A DNA stretch of 64,000 bases from Eledone cirrhosa (Eukaryota): NCBI GenBank assembly GCA_964016885.1, contig OZ024742.1, positions 337,962,001 through 338,026,000 on the forward strand, in the 5' to 3' direction. Below, piece after piece: positions 1 through 15,000 of the stretch. The notes under the pieces are model-generated. The model had not been told where the DNA came from. It saw only the letters and a program-made list of their open reading frames with translations, and ran no database searches. A program made the position numbers and the translations under genes. Positions within the stretch are counted from its first letter, which is position 1. Each line of letters begins with the position of its first letter.

Positions 1-3000
1 GCACACTCTTTTACTGGTTTCATTCATTAGACTGCGGCCATGTTGGGGCAGCACACTCTTTTACTGGTTTCATTCATTAGACTGTGGCCATGCTGGGGCA
101 GCACACTCTTTTACTGGTTTCATTCATTAGACTGCGGCCATGCTGGGGCAGCACACTCTTTTACTGGTTTCGTTCATTAGACTGAGGCCATGCTGGGGCA
201 GCACACTCTTTTACTGGTTTCAGTCATTAGACTGCGGCCATGTTGGGGCAGCACACTCTTTTACTGGTTTCATTCATTAGACTGTGGCCATGCTGGGGCA
301 GCACACTCTTTTACTGGTTTCATTCATTAGACTGTGGCCATCCTGGGGCAGCACACTCTTTTACTAGTTTCATTCATTAGACTGCGGCCATGCTGGGGCA
401 GCACACTCTTTTACTGGTTTCATTCATTAGACTGCGGCCATGCTGGGGCAGCACACTCTTTTACTGGTTTCATTCATTAGACTGCGGCCATGCTGGGGCA
501 GCACACTCTTTTACTGGTTTCATTCATTACACTGTGGCCATGCTGGGGCAGCACACTCTTTTACTGGTTTCATTCATTCATTAGACTGTGGCCATCCTGG
601 GGCAGCACACTCTTTTACTAGTTTCATTCATTAGACTGCGGCCATGCTGGGGCAGCACACTCTTTTACTGGTTTCATTCATTAGACTGCGGCCATACTGG
701 GGCAGCACACTCTTTTACTGGTTTCATTCATTAGACTGCGGCCATGCTGGGGCAGCACACTCTTTTACTGGTTTCAGCCATTAGACTGTGGCCATGCTGG
801 GGCAGCACACTCTTTTACTGGTTTCATTCATTAGAGTGTGGCCATGCTGGGGCAGCACACTCTTTTACTGGTTTCATTCATTAGACTGCGGCCATGCTGG
901 GGCAGCACACTCTTTTACTGGTTTCAGCCATTAGACTGCGGCCATGCTGGGGCAGCACACTCTTTTACTGGTTTCATTCATTAGACTGCGGCCATGCTGG
1001 GGCAGCACACTCTTTTACTGGTTTCATTCATTAGACTGCGGCCATGCTGGGGCAGCACACTCTTTTATTGGTTTCATTCATTAGACTTCGGCCATGCTGG
1101 GGCAGCACACTCTTTTACTGGTTTCATTCATTAGACTGTGGCCATGCTGGGGCAGCACACTCTTTTACTGGTTTCATTCATTAGACTGTGGCTATGCTGG
1201 GGTAGCACACTCTTTTACTGGTTTCATTCATTAGACTGCGGCCATGCTGGGGCAGCACACTCTTTTATTGGTTTCATTCATTAGACTGCGGCCATGCTGG
1301 GGCAGCACACTCTTTTACTGGTTTCACTCGTTAGACTGTGGCCATGCTGGGGCAGCACACTCTTTTACTGGTTTCAGCCATTAGACTGAGGCCATGCTGG
1401 GGCAGCACACTCTTTTACTGGTTTCATTCATTAGACTGCGGCCATGCTGGGGCAGCACACTCTTTTACTGGTTTCATTCATTAGACTGCGGCCATGCTGG
1501 GGCAGCACACTCTTTTATTGGTTTCATTCATTAGACTGCGGCCATGCTGGGGCAGCACACTCTTTTACTGGTTTCATTCATTAGACTGTGGCCATGCTGG
1601 GGCAGCACACTCTTTTACTGGTTTCATTCATTAGACTGTGGCTATGCTGGGGTAGCACACTCTTTTACTGGTTTCATTCATTAGACTGCGGCCATGCTGG
1701 GGCAGCACACTCTTTTATTGGTTTCATTCATTAGACTGCGGCCATGCTGGGGCAGCACACTCTTTTACTGGTTTCACTCGTTAGACTGTGGCCATGCTGG
1801 GGCAGCACACTCTTTTACTGGTTTCAGCCATTAGACTGAGGCCATGCTGGGGCAGCACACTCTTTTACTGGTTTCATTCATTAGACTGCGGCCATGCTGG
1901 GGCAGCACACTCTTTTACTGGTTTCAGCCATTAGACTGAGGCCATGCTGGGGCAGCACACTCTTTTACTGGTTTCAGCCATTAGACTGCGGCCATGCTGG
2001 GGCAGCACACTCTTTTACTGGTTTCAGCCATTAGACTGAGGCCATGCTGGGGCAGCACACTCTTTTACTGGTTTCATTCATTAGACTGCGGCCATGCTGG
2101 GGCAGCACACTCTTTTACTGGTTTCAGCCATTAGACTGCGGCCATGCTGGGGCAGCACACTCTTTTACTGGTTTCATTCATTAGACTGCGGCCATGCTGG
2201 GGCAGCACACTCTTTTACTGGTTTCAGCCATTAGACTGAGGCCATGCTGGGGCAGTACACTCTTTTACTGGTTTCAGCCATTAGACTGAGGCCATGCTGG
2301 GGCAGCACACTCTTTTACTGGTTTCAGCCATTAGACTGCGGCCATGCTGGGGCAGCACACTCTTTTACTGGTTTCAGCCATTAGACTGAGGCCATGCTGG
2401 GGCAGCACACTCTTTTACTGGTTTCAGCCATTAGACTGAGGCCATGCTGGGGCAGCACACTCTTTTACTGGTTTCAGCCATTAGACTGCGGCCATGCTGG
2501 GGCAGCACACTCTTTTACTGGTTTCATTCATTAGACTGTGGCCATGCTGGGGCAGCACACTCTTTTACTGGTTTCATTCATTAGACTGTGGCCATGCTGG
2601 GGCAGCACACTCTTTTACTGGTTTCATTCATTAGACTGTGGCCATGCTGGGGCAGCACACTCTTTTACTGGTTTCAGCCATTAGACTGAGGCCATGCTGG
2701 GGCAGCACACTCTTTTACTGGTTTCAGCCATTAGACTGAGGCCATGCTGGGGCAGCACACTCTTTTACTGGTTTCAGCCATTAGACTGCGGCCATGCTGG
2801 GGCAGCACACTCTTTTACTGGTTTCATTCATTAGACTGCGGCCATGCTGGGGCAGCACACTCTTTTACTGGTTTCAGCCATTAGACTGAGGCCATGCTGG
2901 GGCAGCACACTCTTTTACTGGTTTCATTCATTAGACTGCGGCCATGCTGGGGCAGCACACTCTTTTACTGGTTTCAGCCATTAGACTGCGGCCATGCTGG

Positions 3001-6000
3001 GGCAGCACACTCTTTTACTGGTTTCATTCATTAGACTGCGGCCATGCTGGGGCAGCACACTCTTTTACTGGTTTCAGCCATTAGACTGAGGCCATGCTGG
3101 GGCAGTACACTCTTTTACTGGTTTCAGCCATTAGACTGAGGCCATGCTGGGGCAGCACACTCTTTTACTGGTTTCAGCCATTAGACTGCGGCCATGCTGG
3201 GGCAGCACACTCTTTTACTGGTTTCAGCCATTAGACTGAGGCCATGCTGGGGCAGCACACTCTTTTACTGGTTTCAGCCATTAGACTGAGGCCATGCTGG
3301 GGCAGCACACTCTTTTACTGGTTTCAGCCATTAGACTGCGGCCATGCTGGGGCAGCACACTCTTTTACTGGTTTCAGCCATTAGACTGAGGCCATGCTGG
3401 GGCAGCACACTCTTTTACTGGTTTCATTCATTAGACTGCGGCCATGCTGGGGCAGCACACTCTTTTATTGGTTTCAGCCATTAGACTGCGGCCATGCTGG
3501 GGCAGCACACTCTCTTACTGGTTTCAGCCATTAGACTGCGGCCATGCTGGGGCAGCACACTCTTTTACTGGTTTCAGCCATTAGACTGAGGCCATGCTGG
3601 GGCAGCACACTCTTTTACTGGTTTCAGCCATTAGACTGCGGCCATGCTGGGGCAGCACACTCTTTTACTGGTTTCAGCCATTAGACTGAGGCCATGCTGG
3701 GGCAGCACACTCTTTTACTGGTTTCAGCCATTAGACTGAGGCCATGCTGGGGCAGCACACTCTTTTACTGGTTTCATTCATTAGACTGCGGCCATGCTGG
3801 GGCAGCACACTCTTTTACTGGTTTCAGCCATTAGACTGCGGCCATGCTGGGGCAGCACACTCTCTTACTGGTTTCATTCATTAGACTGCGGCCATGCTGG
3901 GGCAGCACACTCTTTTACTGGTTTCAGCCATTAGACTGCGGCCATGCTGGGGCAGCACACTCTTTTACTGGTTTCAGCCATTAGACTGCGGCCATGCTGG
4001 GGCAGCACACTCTTTTACTGGTTTCAGCCATTAGACTGAGGCCATGCTGGGGCAGCACACTCTTTTACTGGTTTCAGCCATTAGACTGAGGCCATGCTGG
4101 GGCAGCACACTCTTTTACTGGTTTCAGCCATTAGACTGCGGCCATGCTGGGGCAGCACACTCTTTTACTGGTTTCAGCCATTAGACTGCGGCCATGCTGG
4201 GGCAGCACACTCTTTTACTGGTTTCATTCATTAGACTGCGGCCATGCTGGGGCAGCACACTCTTTTATTGGTTTCAGCCATTAGACTGCGGCCATGCTGG
4301 GGCAGCACTCTCTTTTACTGGTTTCAGCCATTAGACTGCGGCCATGCTGGGGCAGCACACTCTTTTACTGGTTTCATTCATTCGACTGTGGCCATGCTGG
4401 GGCAGCACACTCTTTTACTGGTTTCAGCCATTAGACTGCGGCCATGCTGGGGCAGCACACTCTTTTACTGGTTTCATTCATTCGACTGTGGCCATGTTGG
4501 GGCAGCACACTCTTTTATTGGTTTCATTCATTCGACTGTGGCCATGCTGGGGCAGCACACTCTTTTACTGGCTTCATTCATTCGACTGTGGCCATGCTGG
4601 GGCAGCACACTCTTTTATTGGTTTCATTCATTCGACTGTGGCCATGCTGGGGCAGCACACTCTTTTACTGGTTTCAGCCATTAGACTGTGGCCATGCTGG
4701 GGCAGCACACTCTTTTACTGGTTTCAGCCATTAGACTGCGGCCATGCTGGGGCAGCACACTCTTTTACTGGTTTCATTCATTCGACTGTGGCCATGCTGG
4801 GGCAGCACACTCTTTTACTGGTTACAGCCATTAGACTGCGGCCATGCTGGGGCAGCACACTCTTTTACTGGTTTCATTCATTAGACTGCAGCCATGCTGG
4901 GGCAGCACACTCTTTTACTGGTTTCAGCCATTAGACTGCGGCCATGCTGGGGCAGCACACTCTTTTACTGGTTTCATTCATTAGACTGTGGCTATGCTGG
5001 GGTAGCACACTCTTTTACTGGTTTCATTCATTAGACTGCGGCCATGCTGGGGCAGCACACTCTTTTATTGGTTTCATTCATTAGACTGCGGCCATGCTGG
5101 GGCAGCACACTCTTTTACTGGTTTCACTCGTTAGACTGTGGCCATGCTGGGGCAGCACACTCTTTTACTGGTTTCAGCCATTAGACTGAGGCCATGCTGG
5201 GGCAGCACACTCTTTTACTGGTTTCATTCATTAGACTGCGGCCATGCTGGGGCAGCACACTCTTTTACTGGTTTCATTCATTAGACTGCGGCCATGCTGG
5301 GGCAGCACACTCTTTTATTGGTTTCATTCATTAGACTGCGGCCATGCTGGGGCAGCACACTCTTTTACTGGTTTCATTCATTAGACTGTGGCCATGCTGG
5401 GGCAGCACACTCTTTTACTGGTTTCATTCATTAGACTGTGGCTATGCTGGGGTAGCACACTCTTTTACTGGTTTCATTCATTAGACTGCGGCCATGCTGG
5501 GGCAGCACACTCTTTTATTGGTTTCATTCATTAGACTGCGGCCATGCTGGGGCAGCACACTCTTTTACTGGTTTCACTCGTTAGACTGTGGCCATGCTGG
5601 GGCAGCACACTCTTTTACTGGTTTCAGCCATTAGACTGAGGCCATGCTGGGGCAGCACACTCTTTTACTGGTTTCATTCATTAGACTGCGGCCATGCTGG
5701 GGCAGCACACTCTTTTACTGGTTTCAGCCATTAGACTGAGGCCATGCTGGGGCAGCACACTCTTTTACTGGTTTCAGCCATTAGACTGCGGCCATGCTGG
5801 GGCAGCACACTCTTTTACTGGTTTCAGCCATTAGACTGAGGCCATGCTGGGGCAGCACACTCTTTTACTGGTTTCATTCATTAGACTGCGGCCATGCTGG
5901 GGCAGCACACTCTTTTACTGGTTTCAGCCATTAGACTGCGGCCATGCTGGGGCAGCACACTCTTTTACTGGTTTCATTCATTAGACTGCGGCCATGCTGG

Positions 6001-9000
6001 GGCAGCACACTCTTTTACTGGTTTCAGCCATTAGACTGAGGCCATGCTGGGGCAGTACACTCTTTTACTGGTTTCAGCCATTAGACTGAGGCCATGCTGG
6101 GGCAGCACACTCTTTTACTGGTTTCAGCCATTAGACTGCGGCCATGCTGGGGCAGCACACTCTTTTACTGGTTTCAGCCATTAGACTGAGGCCATGCTGG
6201 GGCAGCACACTCTTTTACTGGTTTCAGCCATTAGACTGAGGCCATGCTGGGGCAGCACACTCTTTTACTGGTTTCAGCCATTAGACTGCGGCCATGCTGG
6301 GGCAGCACACTCTTTTACTGGTTTCATTCATTAGACTGTGGCCATGCTGGGGCAGCACACTCTTTTACTGGTTTCATTCATTAGACTGTGGCCATGCTGG
6401 GGCAGCACACTCTTTTACTGGTTTCATTCATTAGACTGTGGCCATGCTGGGGCAGCACACTCTTTTACTGGTTTCAGCCATTAGACTGAGGCCATGCTGG
6501 GGCAGCACACTCTTTTACTGGTTTCAGCCATTAGACTGAGGCCATGCTGGGGCAGCACACTCTTTTACTGGTTTCAGCCATTAGACTGCGGCCATGCTGG
6601 GGCAGCACACTCTTTTACTGGTTTCATTCATTAGACTGCGGCCATGCTGGGGCAGCACACTCTTTTATTGGTTTCATTCATTAGACTGCGGCCATGCTGG
6701 GGCAGCACACTCTTTTACTGGTTTCACTCGTTAGACTGTGGCCATGCTGGGGCAGCACACTCTTTTAGTGGTTTCATTCATTAGACTGCGGCCATGCTGG
6801 GGCAGCACACTCTTTTACTGGTTTCATTCATTAGACTGCGGCCATGCTGGGGCAGCACACTCTTTTATTGGTTTCATTCATTAGACTGCGGCCATGCTGG
6901 GGCAGCACACTCTTTTACTGGTTTCATTCATTAGACTGTGGCCATGCTGGGGCAGCACACTCTTTTACTGGTTTCATTCATTAGACTGTGGCTATGCTGG
7001 GGTAGCACACTCTTTTACTGGTTTCATTCATTAGACTGCGGCCATGCTGGGGCAGCACACTCTTTTATTGGTTTCATTCATTAGACTGCGGCCATGCTGG
7101 GGCAGCACACTCTTTTACTGGTTTCACTCGTTAGACTGTGGCCATGCTGGGGCAGCACACTCTTTTACTGGTTTCAGCCATTAGACTGAGGCCATGCTGG
7201 GGCAGCACACTCTTTTACTGGTTTCATTCATTAGACTGCGGCCATGCTGGGGCAGCACACTCTTTTACTGGTTTCAGCCATTAGACTGAGGCCATGCTGG
7301 GGCAGCACACTCTTTTACTGGTTTCATTCATTAGACTGCGGCCATGCTGGGGCAGCACACTCTTTTACTGGTTTCAGCCATTAGACTGAGGCCATGCTGG
7401 GGCAGCACACTCTTTTACTGGTTTCATTCATTAGACTGCGGCCATGCTGGGGCAGCACACTCTTTTACTGGTTTCAGCCATTAGACTGCGGCCATGCTGG
7501 GGCAGCACACTCTTTTACTGGTTTCATTCATTAGACTGCGGCCATGCTGGGGCAGCACACTCTTTTACTGGTTTCAGCCATTAGACTGAGGCCATGCTGG
7601 GGCAGTACACTCTTTTACTGGTTTCAGCCATTAGACTGAGGCCATGCTGGGGCAGCACACTCTTTTACTGGTTTCAGCCATTAGACTGCGGCCATGCTGG
7701 GGCAGCACACTCTTTTACTGGTTTCAGCCATTAGACTGAGGCCATGCTGGGGCAGCACACTCTTTTACTGGTTTCAGCCATTAGACTGAGGCCATGCTGG
7801 GGCAGCACACTCTTTTACTGGTTTCAGCCATTAGACTGCGGCCATGCTGGGGCAGCACACTCTTTTACTGGTTTCAGCCATTAGACTGAGGCCATGCTGG
7901 GGCAGCACACTCTTTTACTGGTTTCATTCATTAGACTGCGGCCATGCTGGGGCAGCACACTCTTTTATTGGTTTCAGCCATTAGACTGCGGCCATGCTGG
8001 GGCAGCACACTCTCTTACTGGTTTCAGCCATTAGACTGCGGCCATGCTGGGGCAGCACACTCTTTTACTGGTTTCAGCCATTAGACTGAGGCCATGCTGG
8101 GGCAGCACACTCTTTTACTGGTTTCAGCCATTAGACTGCGGCCATGCTGGGGCAGCACACTCTTTTACTGGTTTCAGCCATTAGACTGAGGCCATGCTGG
8201 GGCAGCACACTCTTTTACTGGTTTCAGCCATTAGACTGAGGCCATGCTGGGGCAGCACACTCTTTTACTGGTTTCATTCATTAGACTGCGGCCATGCTGG
8301 GGCAGCACACTCTTTTACTGGTTTCAGCCATTAGACTGCGGCCATGCTGGGGCAGCACACTCTCTTACTGGTTTCATTCATTAGACTGCGGCCATGCTGG
8401 GGCAGCACACTCTTTTACTGGTTTCAGCCATTAGACTGCGGCCATGCTGGGGCAGCACACTCTTTTACTGGTTTCAGCCATTAGACTGCGGCCATGCTGG
8501 GGCAGCACACTCTTTTACTGGTTTCAGCCATTAGACTGAGGCCATGCTGGGGCAGCACACTCTTTTACTGGTTTCAGCCATTAGACTGAGGCCATGCTGG
8601 GGCAGCACACTCTTTTACTGGTTTCAGCCATTAGACTGCGGCCATGCTGGGGCAGCACACTCTTTTACTGGTTTCAGCCATTAGACTGCGGCCATGCTGG
8701 GGCAGCACACTCTTTTACTGGTTTCATTCATTAGACTGCGGCCATGCTGGGGCAGCACACTCTTTTATTGGTTTCAGCCATTAGACTGCGGCCATGCTGG
8801 GGCAGCACTCTCTTTTACTGGTTTCAGCCATTAGACTGCGGCCATGCTGGGGCAGCACACTCTTTTACTGGTTTCATTCATTCGACTGTGGCCATGCTGG
8901 GGCAGCACACTCTTTTACTGGTTTCAGCCATTAGACTGCGGCCATGCTGGGGCAGCACACTCTTTTACTGGTTTCATTCATTCGACTGTGGCCATGTTGG

Positions 9001-12000
9001 GGCAGCACACTCTTTTATTGGTTTCATTCATTCGACTGTGGCCATGCTGGGGCAGCACACTCTTTTACTGGCTTCATTCATTCGACTGTGGCCATGCTGG
9101 GGCAGCACACTCTTTTATTGGTTTCATTCATTCGACTGTGGCCATGCTGGGGCAGCACACTCTTTTACTGGTTTCAGCCATTAGACTGTGGCCATGCTGG
9201 GGCAGCACACTCTTTTACTGGTTTCAGCCATTAGACTGCGGCCATGCTGGGGCAGCACACTCTTTTACTGGTTTCATTCATTCGACTGTGGCCATGCTGG
9301 GGCAGCACACTCTTTTACTGGTTTCAGCCATTAGACTGCGGCCATGCTGGGGCAGCACACTCTTTTACTGGTTTCATTCATTAGACTGCAGCCATGCTGG
9401 GGCAGCACACTCTTTTACTGGTTTCAGCCATTAGACTGCGGCCATGCTGGGGCAGCACACTCTTTTATTGGTTTCATTCATTAGACTGCGGCCATGCTGG
9501 GGCAGCACACTCTTTTACTGGTTTCAGCCATTAGACTGCGGCCATGCTGGGGCAGCACACTCTTTTACTGGTTTCATTCATTAGACTGTGGCCATGCTGG
9601 GGCAGCACACTCTTTTACTGGTTTCAGCCATTAGACTGTGGCCATGCTGGGGCAGCACACTCTTTTACTGGTTTCAGCCATTAGACTGTGGCCATGCTGG
9701 GGCAGCACACTCTTTTACTGGTTTCATTCATTAGACTGTGGCCATGCTGGGGCAGCACACTCTTTTACTGGTTTAATTCATTAGACTGTGGCCATGCTGG
9801 GGCAGCACACTCTTTTACTGGTTTCATTCATTAGACTGTGGCCATCCTGGGGCAGCACACTCTTTTACTAGTTTCATTCATTAGACTGCGGCCATGCTGG
9901 GGCAGCACACTCTTTTACTGGTTTCATTCATTAGACTGCGGCCATGCTGGGGCAGCACACTCTTTTACTGGTTTCATTCATTACACTGTGGCCATGCTGG
10001 GGCAGCACACTCTTTTACTGGTTTCATTCATTCATTAGACTGTGGCCATGCTGGGGCAGCACACTCTTTTACTGGTTTCATTCATTAGACTGCGGCCATG
10101 CTGGGGCAGCACACTCTTTTACTGGTTTCATTCATTAGACTGCGGCCATGCTGGGGCAGCACACTCTTTTACTGGTTTCATTCATTAGACTGCGGCCATG
10201 CTGGGGCAGCACACTCTTTTACTGGTTTCATTCATTAGACTGCGGCCATGCTGGGGCAGCACACTCTTTTACTGGTTTCATTCATTACACTGTGGCCATG
10301 CTGGGGCAGCACACTCTTTTACTGGTTTCAGCCATTAGACTGTGGCCATGCTGGGGCAGCACACTCTTTTACTGGTTTCATTCATTAGACTGTGGCCATG
10401 CTGGGTCAGCACACTCTTTTACTGGTTTCATTCATTAGACTGTGGCCATGCTGGGGCAGCACACTCTTTTACTGGTTTCATTCATTACACTGTGGCCATG
10501 CTGGGGCAGCACACTCTTTTACTGGTTTCATTCATTAGACTGCGGCCATGCTGGGGCAGCACACTCTTTTACTGGTTTCATTCATTAGACTGAGGCCATG
10601 CTGGGGCAGCACACTCTTTTATTGGTTTCATTCATTAGACTGAGGCCATGCTGGGGCAGCACACTCTTTTACTGGTTTCATTCATTAGACTGCGGCCATG
10701 CTGGGGCAGCACACTCTTTTACTGGTTTCATTCATTAGAGTGTGGCCATGCTGGGGCAGCACACTCTTTTACTGGTTTCATTCATTAGACTGCGGCCATG
10801 CTGGGGCAGCACACTCTTTTACTGGTTTCAGCCATTAGACTGCGGCCATGCTGGGGCAGCACACTCTTTTACTGGTTTCATTCATTAGACTGCGGCCATG
10901 CTGGGGCAGCACACTCTTTTACTGGTTTCATTCATTAGACTGCGGCCATGCTGGGGCAGCACACTCTTTTATTGGTTTCATTCATTAGACTGCGGCCATG
11001 CTGGGGCAGCACACTCTTTTACTGGTTTCATTCATTAGACTGTGGCCATGCTGGGGCAGCACACTCTTTTACTGGTTTCATTCATTAGACTGTGGCTATG
11101 CTGGGGCAGCACACTCTTTTATTGGTTTCATTCATTAGACTGCGGCCATGCTGGGGCAGCACACTCTTTTACTGGTTTCATTCATTAGACTGCGGCCATG
11201 CTGGGGCAGCACACTCTTTTACTGGTTTCAGCCATTAGACTGCGGCCATGCTGGGGCAGCACACTCTTTTACTGGTTTCATTCATTAGACTGTGGCCATG
11301 CTGGGGCAGCACACTCTTTTACTGGTTTCATTCATTAGACTGTGGCTATGCTGGGGCAGCACACTCTTTTATTGGTTTCATTCATTAGACTGCGGCCATG
11401 CTGGGGCAGCACACTCTTTTACTGGTTTCATTCATTAGACTGCGGCCATGCTGGGGCAGCACACTCTTTTACTGGTTTCATTCATTAGACTGTGGCCATG
11501 CTGGGGCAGCACACTCTTTTACTGGTTTCATTCATTAGACTGTGGCCATGCTGGGGCAGCACACTCTTTTACTGGTTTCATTCATTAGACTGTGGCCATG
11601 CTGGGGCAGCACACTCTTTTACTGGTTTCATTCATTAGACTGTGGCCATGCTGGGGCAGCACACTCTTTTACTGGTTTCAGCCATTAGACTGCGGCCATG
11701 CTGGGGCAGCACACTCTTTTACTGGTTTCATTCATTAGACTGTGGCCATGCTGGGGCAGCACACTCTTTTACTGGTTTCATTCATTAGACTGTGGCTATG
11801 CTGGGGCAGCACACTCTTTTATTGGTTTCATTCATTAGACTGCGGCCATGCTGGGGCAGCACACTCTTTTACTGGTTTCATTCATTAGACTGCGGCCATG
11901 CTGGGGCAGCACACTCTTTTACTGGTTTCAGCCATTAGACTGCGGCCATGCTGGGGCAGCACACTCTTTTACTGGTTTCATTCATTAGACTGCGGCCATG

Positions 12001-15000
12001 CTGGGGCAGCACACTCTTTTACTGGTTTCATTCATTAGACTGCGGCCATGCTGGGGCAGCACACTCTTTTATTGGTTTCATTCATTAGACTGCGGCCATG
12101 CTGGGGCAGCACACTCTTTTACTGGTTTCATTCATTAGACTGTGGCCATGCTGGGGCAGCACACTCTTTTACTGGTTTCATTCATTAGACTGTGGCTATG
12201 CTGGGGCAGCACACTCTTTTACTGGTTTCATTCATTAGACTGCGGCCATGCTGGGGCAGCACACTCTTTTACTGGTTTCATTCATTAGACTGCGGCCATG
12301 CTGGGGCAGCACACTCTTTTACTGGTTTCATTCATTAGACTGCGGCCATGCTGGGGCAGCACACTCTTTTACTGGTTTCATTCATTAGACTGCGGCCATG
12401 CTGGGGCAGCACACTCTTTTACTGGTTTCATTCATTAGACTGCGGCCATGCTGGGGCAGCACACTCTTTTATTGGTTTCATTCATTAAACTGCGGCCATG
12501 CTGGGGCAGCACACTCTTTTACTGGTTTCACTCGTTAGACTGTGGCCATGCTGGGGCAGCACACTCTTTTACTGGTTTCAGCCATTAGACTGAGGCCATG
12601 CTGGGGCAGCACACTCTTTTACTGGTTTCATTCATTAGACTGCGGCCATGCTGGGGCAGCACACTCTTTTACTGGTTTCATTCATTAGACTGCGGCCATG
12701 CTGGGGCAGCACACTCTTTTATTGGTTTCATTCATTAGACTGCGGCCATGCTGGGGCAGCACACTCTTTTACTGGTTTCATTCATTAGACTGTGGCCATG
12801 CTGGGGCAGCACACTCTTTTACTGGTTTCATTCATTAGACTGTGGCTATGCTGGGGTAGCACACTCTTTTACTGGTTTCATTCATTAGACTGCGGCCATG
12901 CTGGGGCAGCACACTCTTTTATTGGTTTCATTCATTAGACTGCGGCCATGCTGGGGCAGCACACTCTTTTACTGGTTTCATTCATTAGACTGCGGCCATG
13001 CTGGGGCAGCACACTCTTTTACTGGTTTCATTCATTAGAGTGTGGCCATGCTGGGGCAGCACACTCTTTTACTGGTTTCATTCATTAGACTGCGGCCATG
13101 CTGGGGCAGCACACTCTTTTACTGGTTTCATTCATTAGACTGTGGCCATGCTGGGGCAGCACACTCTTTTACTGGTTTCATTCATTAGACTGCGGCCATG
13201 CTGGGGCAGCACACTCTTTTACTGGTTTCAGCCATTAGACTGCGGCCATGCTGGGGCAGCACACTCTTTTACTGGTTTCATTCATTAGACTGCGGCCATG
13301 CTGGGGCAGCACACTCTTTTACTGGTTTCATTCATTAGACTGCGGCCATGCTGGGGCAGCACACTCTTTTACTGGTTTCATTCATTAGACTGCGGCCATG
13401 CTGGGGCAGCACACTCTTTTATTGGTTTCATTCATTAGACTGCGGCCATGCTGGGGCAGCACACTCTTTTACTGGTTTCATTCATTAGACTGTGGCCATG
13501 CTGGGGCAGCACACTCTTTTACTGGTTTCATTCATTAGACTGTGGCCATGCTGGGGCAGCACACTCTTTTATTGGTTTCAGTCATTAGACTGCGGCCATG
13601 TTGGGGCAGCACACTCTTTTACTGGTTTCATTCATTAGACTGCGGCCATGCTGGGGCAGCACACTCTTTTATTGGTTTCATTCATTAGACTGTGGCCATG
13701 CTGGGGCAGCACACTCTTTTACTGGTTTCATTCATTAGACTGTGGCCATGCTGGGGCAGCACACTCTTTTATTGGTTTCAGTCATTAGACTGCGGCCATG
13801 TTGGGGCAGCACACTCTTTTACTGGTTTCATTCATTAGACTGCGGCCATGCTGGGGCAGCACACTCTTTTACTGGTTTCATTCATTAGACTGAGGCCATG
13901 CTGGGGCAGCACACTCTTTTACTGGTTTCATTCATTAGACTGTGGCCATGCTGGGGCAGCACACTCTTTTACTGGTTTCATTCATTAGACTGCGGCCATG
14001 CTGGGGCAGCACACTCTTTTACTGGTTTCATTCATTAGACTGTGGCCATGCTGGGGCAGCACACTCTTTTACTGGTTTCATTCATTAGACTGCGGCCATG
14101 CTGGGGCAGCACACTCTTTTACTGGTTTCATTCATTAGACTGTGGCCATGCTGGGGCAGCACACTCTTTTACTGGTTTCATTCATTAGACTGCGGCCATG
14201 CTGGGGCAGCACACTCTTTTACTGGTTTCATTCATTAGACTGCGGCCATGCTGGGGCAGCACACTCTTTTACTGGTTTCATTCATTAGACTGCGGCCATG
14301 CTGGGGCAGCACACTCTTTTACTGGTTTCATTCATTAGACTGTGGCCATGCTGGGGCAGCACACTCTTTTACTGGTTTCATTCATTAGACTGCGGCCATG
14401 CTGGGGCAGCACACTCTTTTACTGGTTTCATTCATTAGACTGCGGCCATGCTGGGGCAGCACACTCTTTTACTGGTTTCATTCATTAGACTGCGGCCATG
14501 CTGGGGCAGCACACTCTTTTACTGGTTTCATTCATTAGACTGCGGCCATGCTGGGGCAGCACACTCTTTTACTGGTTTCATTCATTAGACTGCGGCCATG
14601 CTGGGGCAGCACACTCTTTTACTGGTTTCATTCATTAGACTGCGGCCATGCTGGGGCAGCACACTCTTTTACTGGTTTCATTCATTAGACTGTGGCCATG
14701 CTGGGGCAGCACACTCTTTTACTGGTTTCATTCATTAGACTGCGGCCATGCTGGGGCAGCACACTCTTTTACTGGTTTCATTCATTAGACTGCGGCCATG
14801 CTGGGGCAGCACACTCTTTTACTGGTTTCATTCATTAGACTGCGGCCATGCTGGGGCAGCACACTCTTTTACTGGTTTCATTCATTAGACTGCGGCCATG
14901 CTGGGGCAGCACACTCTTTTACTGGTTTCATTTATTACACTGTGGCCATGCTGGGGCAGCACACTCTTTTACTGGTTTCATTCATTCATTAGACTGTGGC

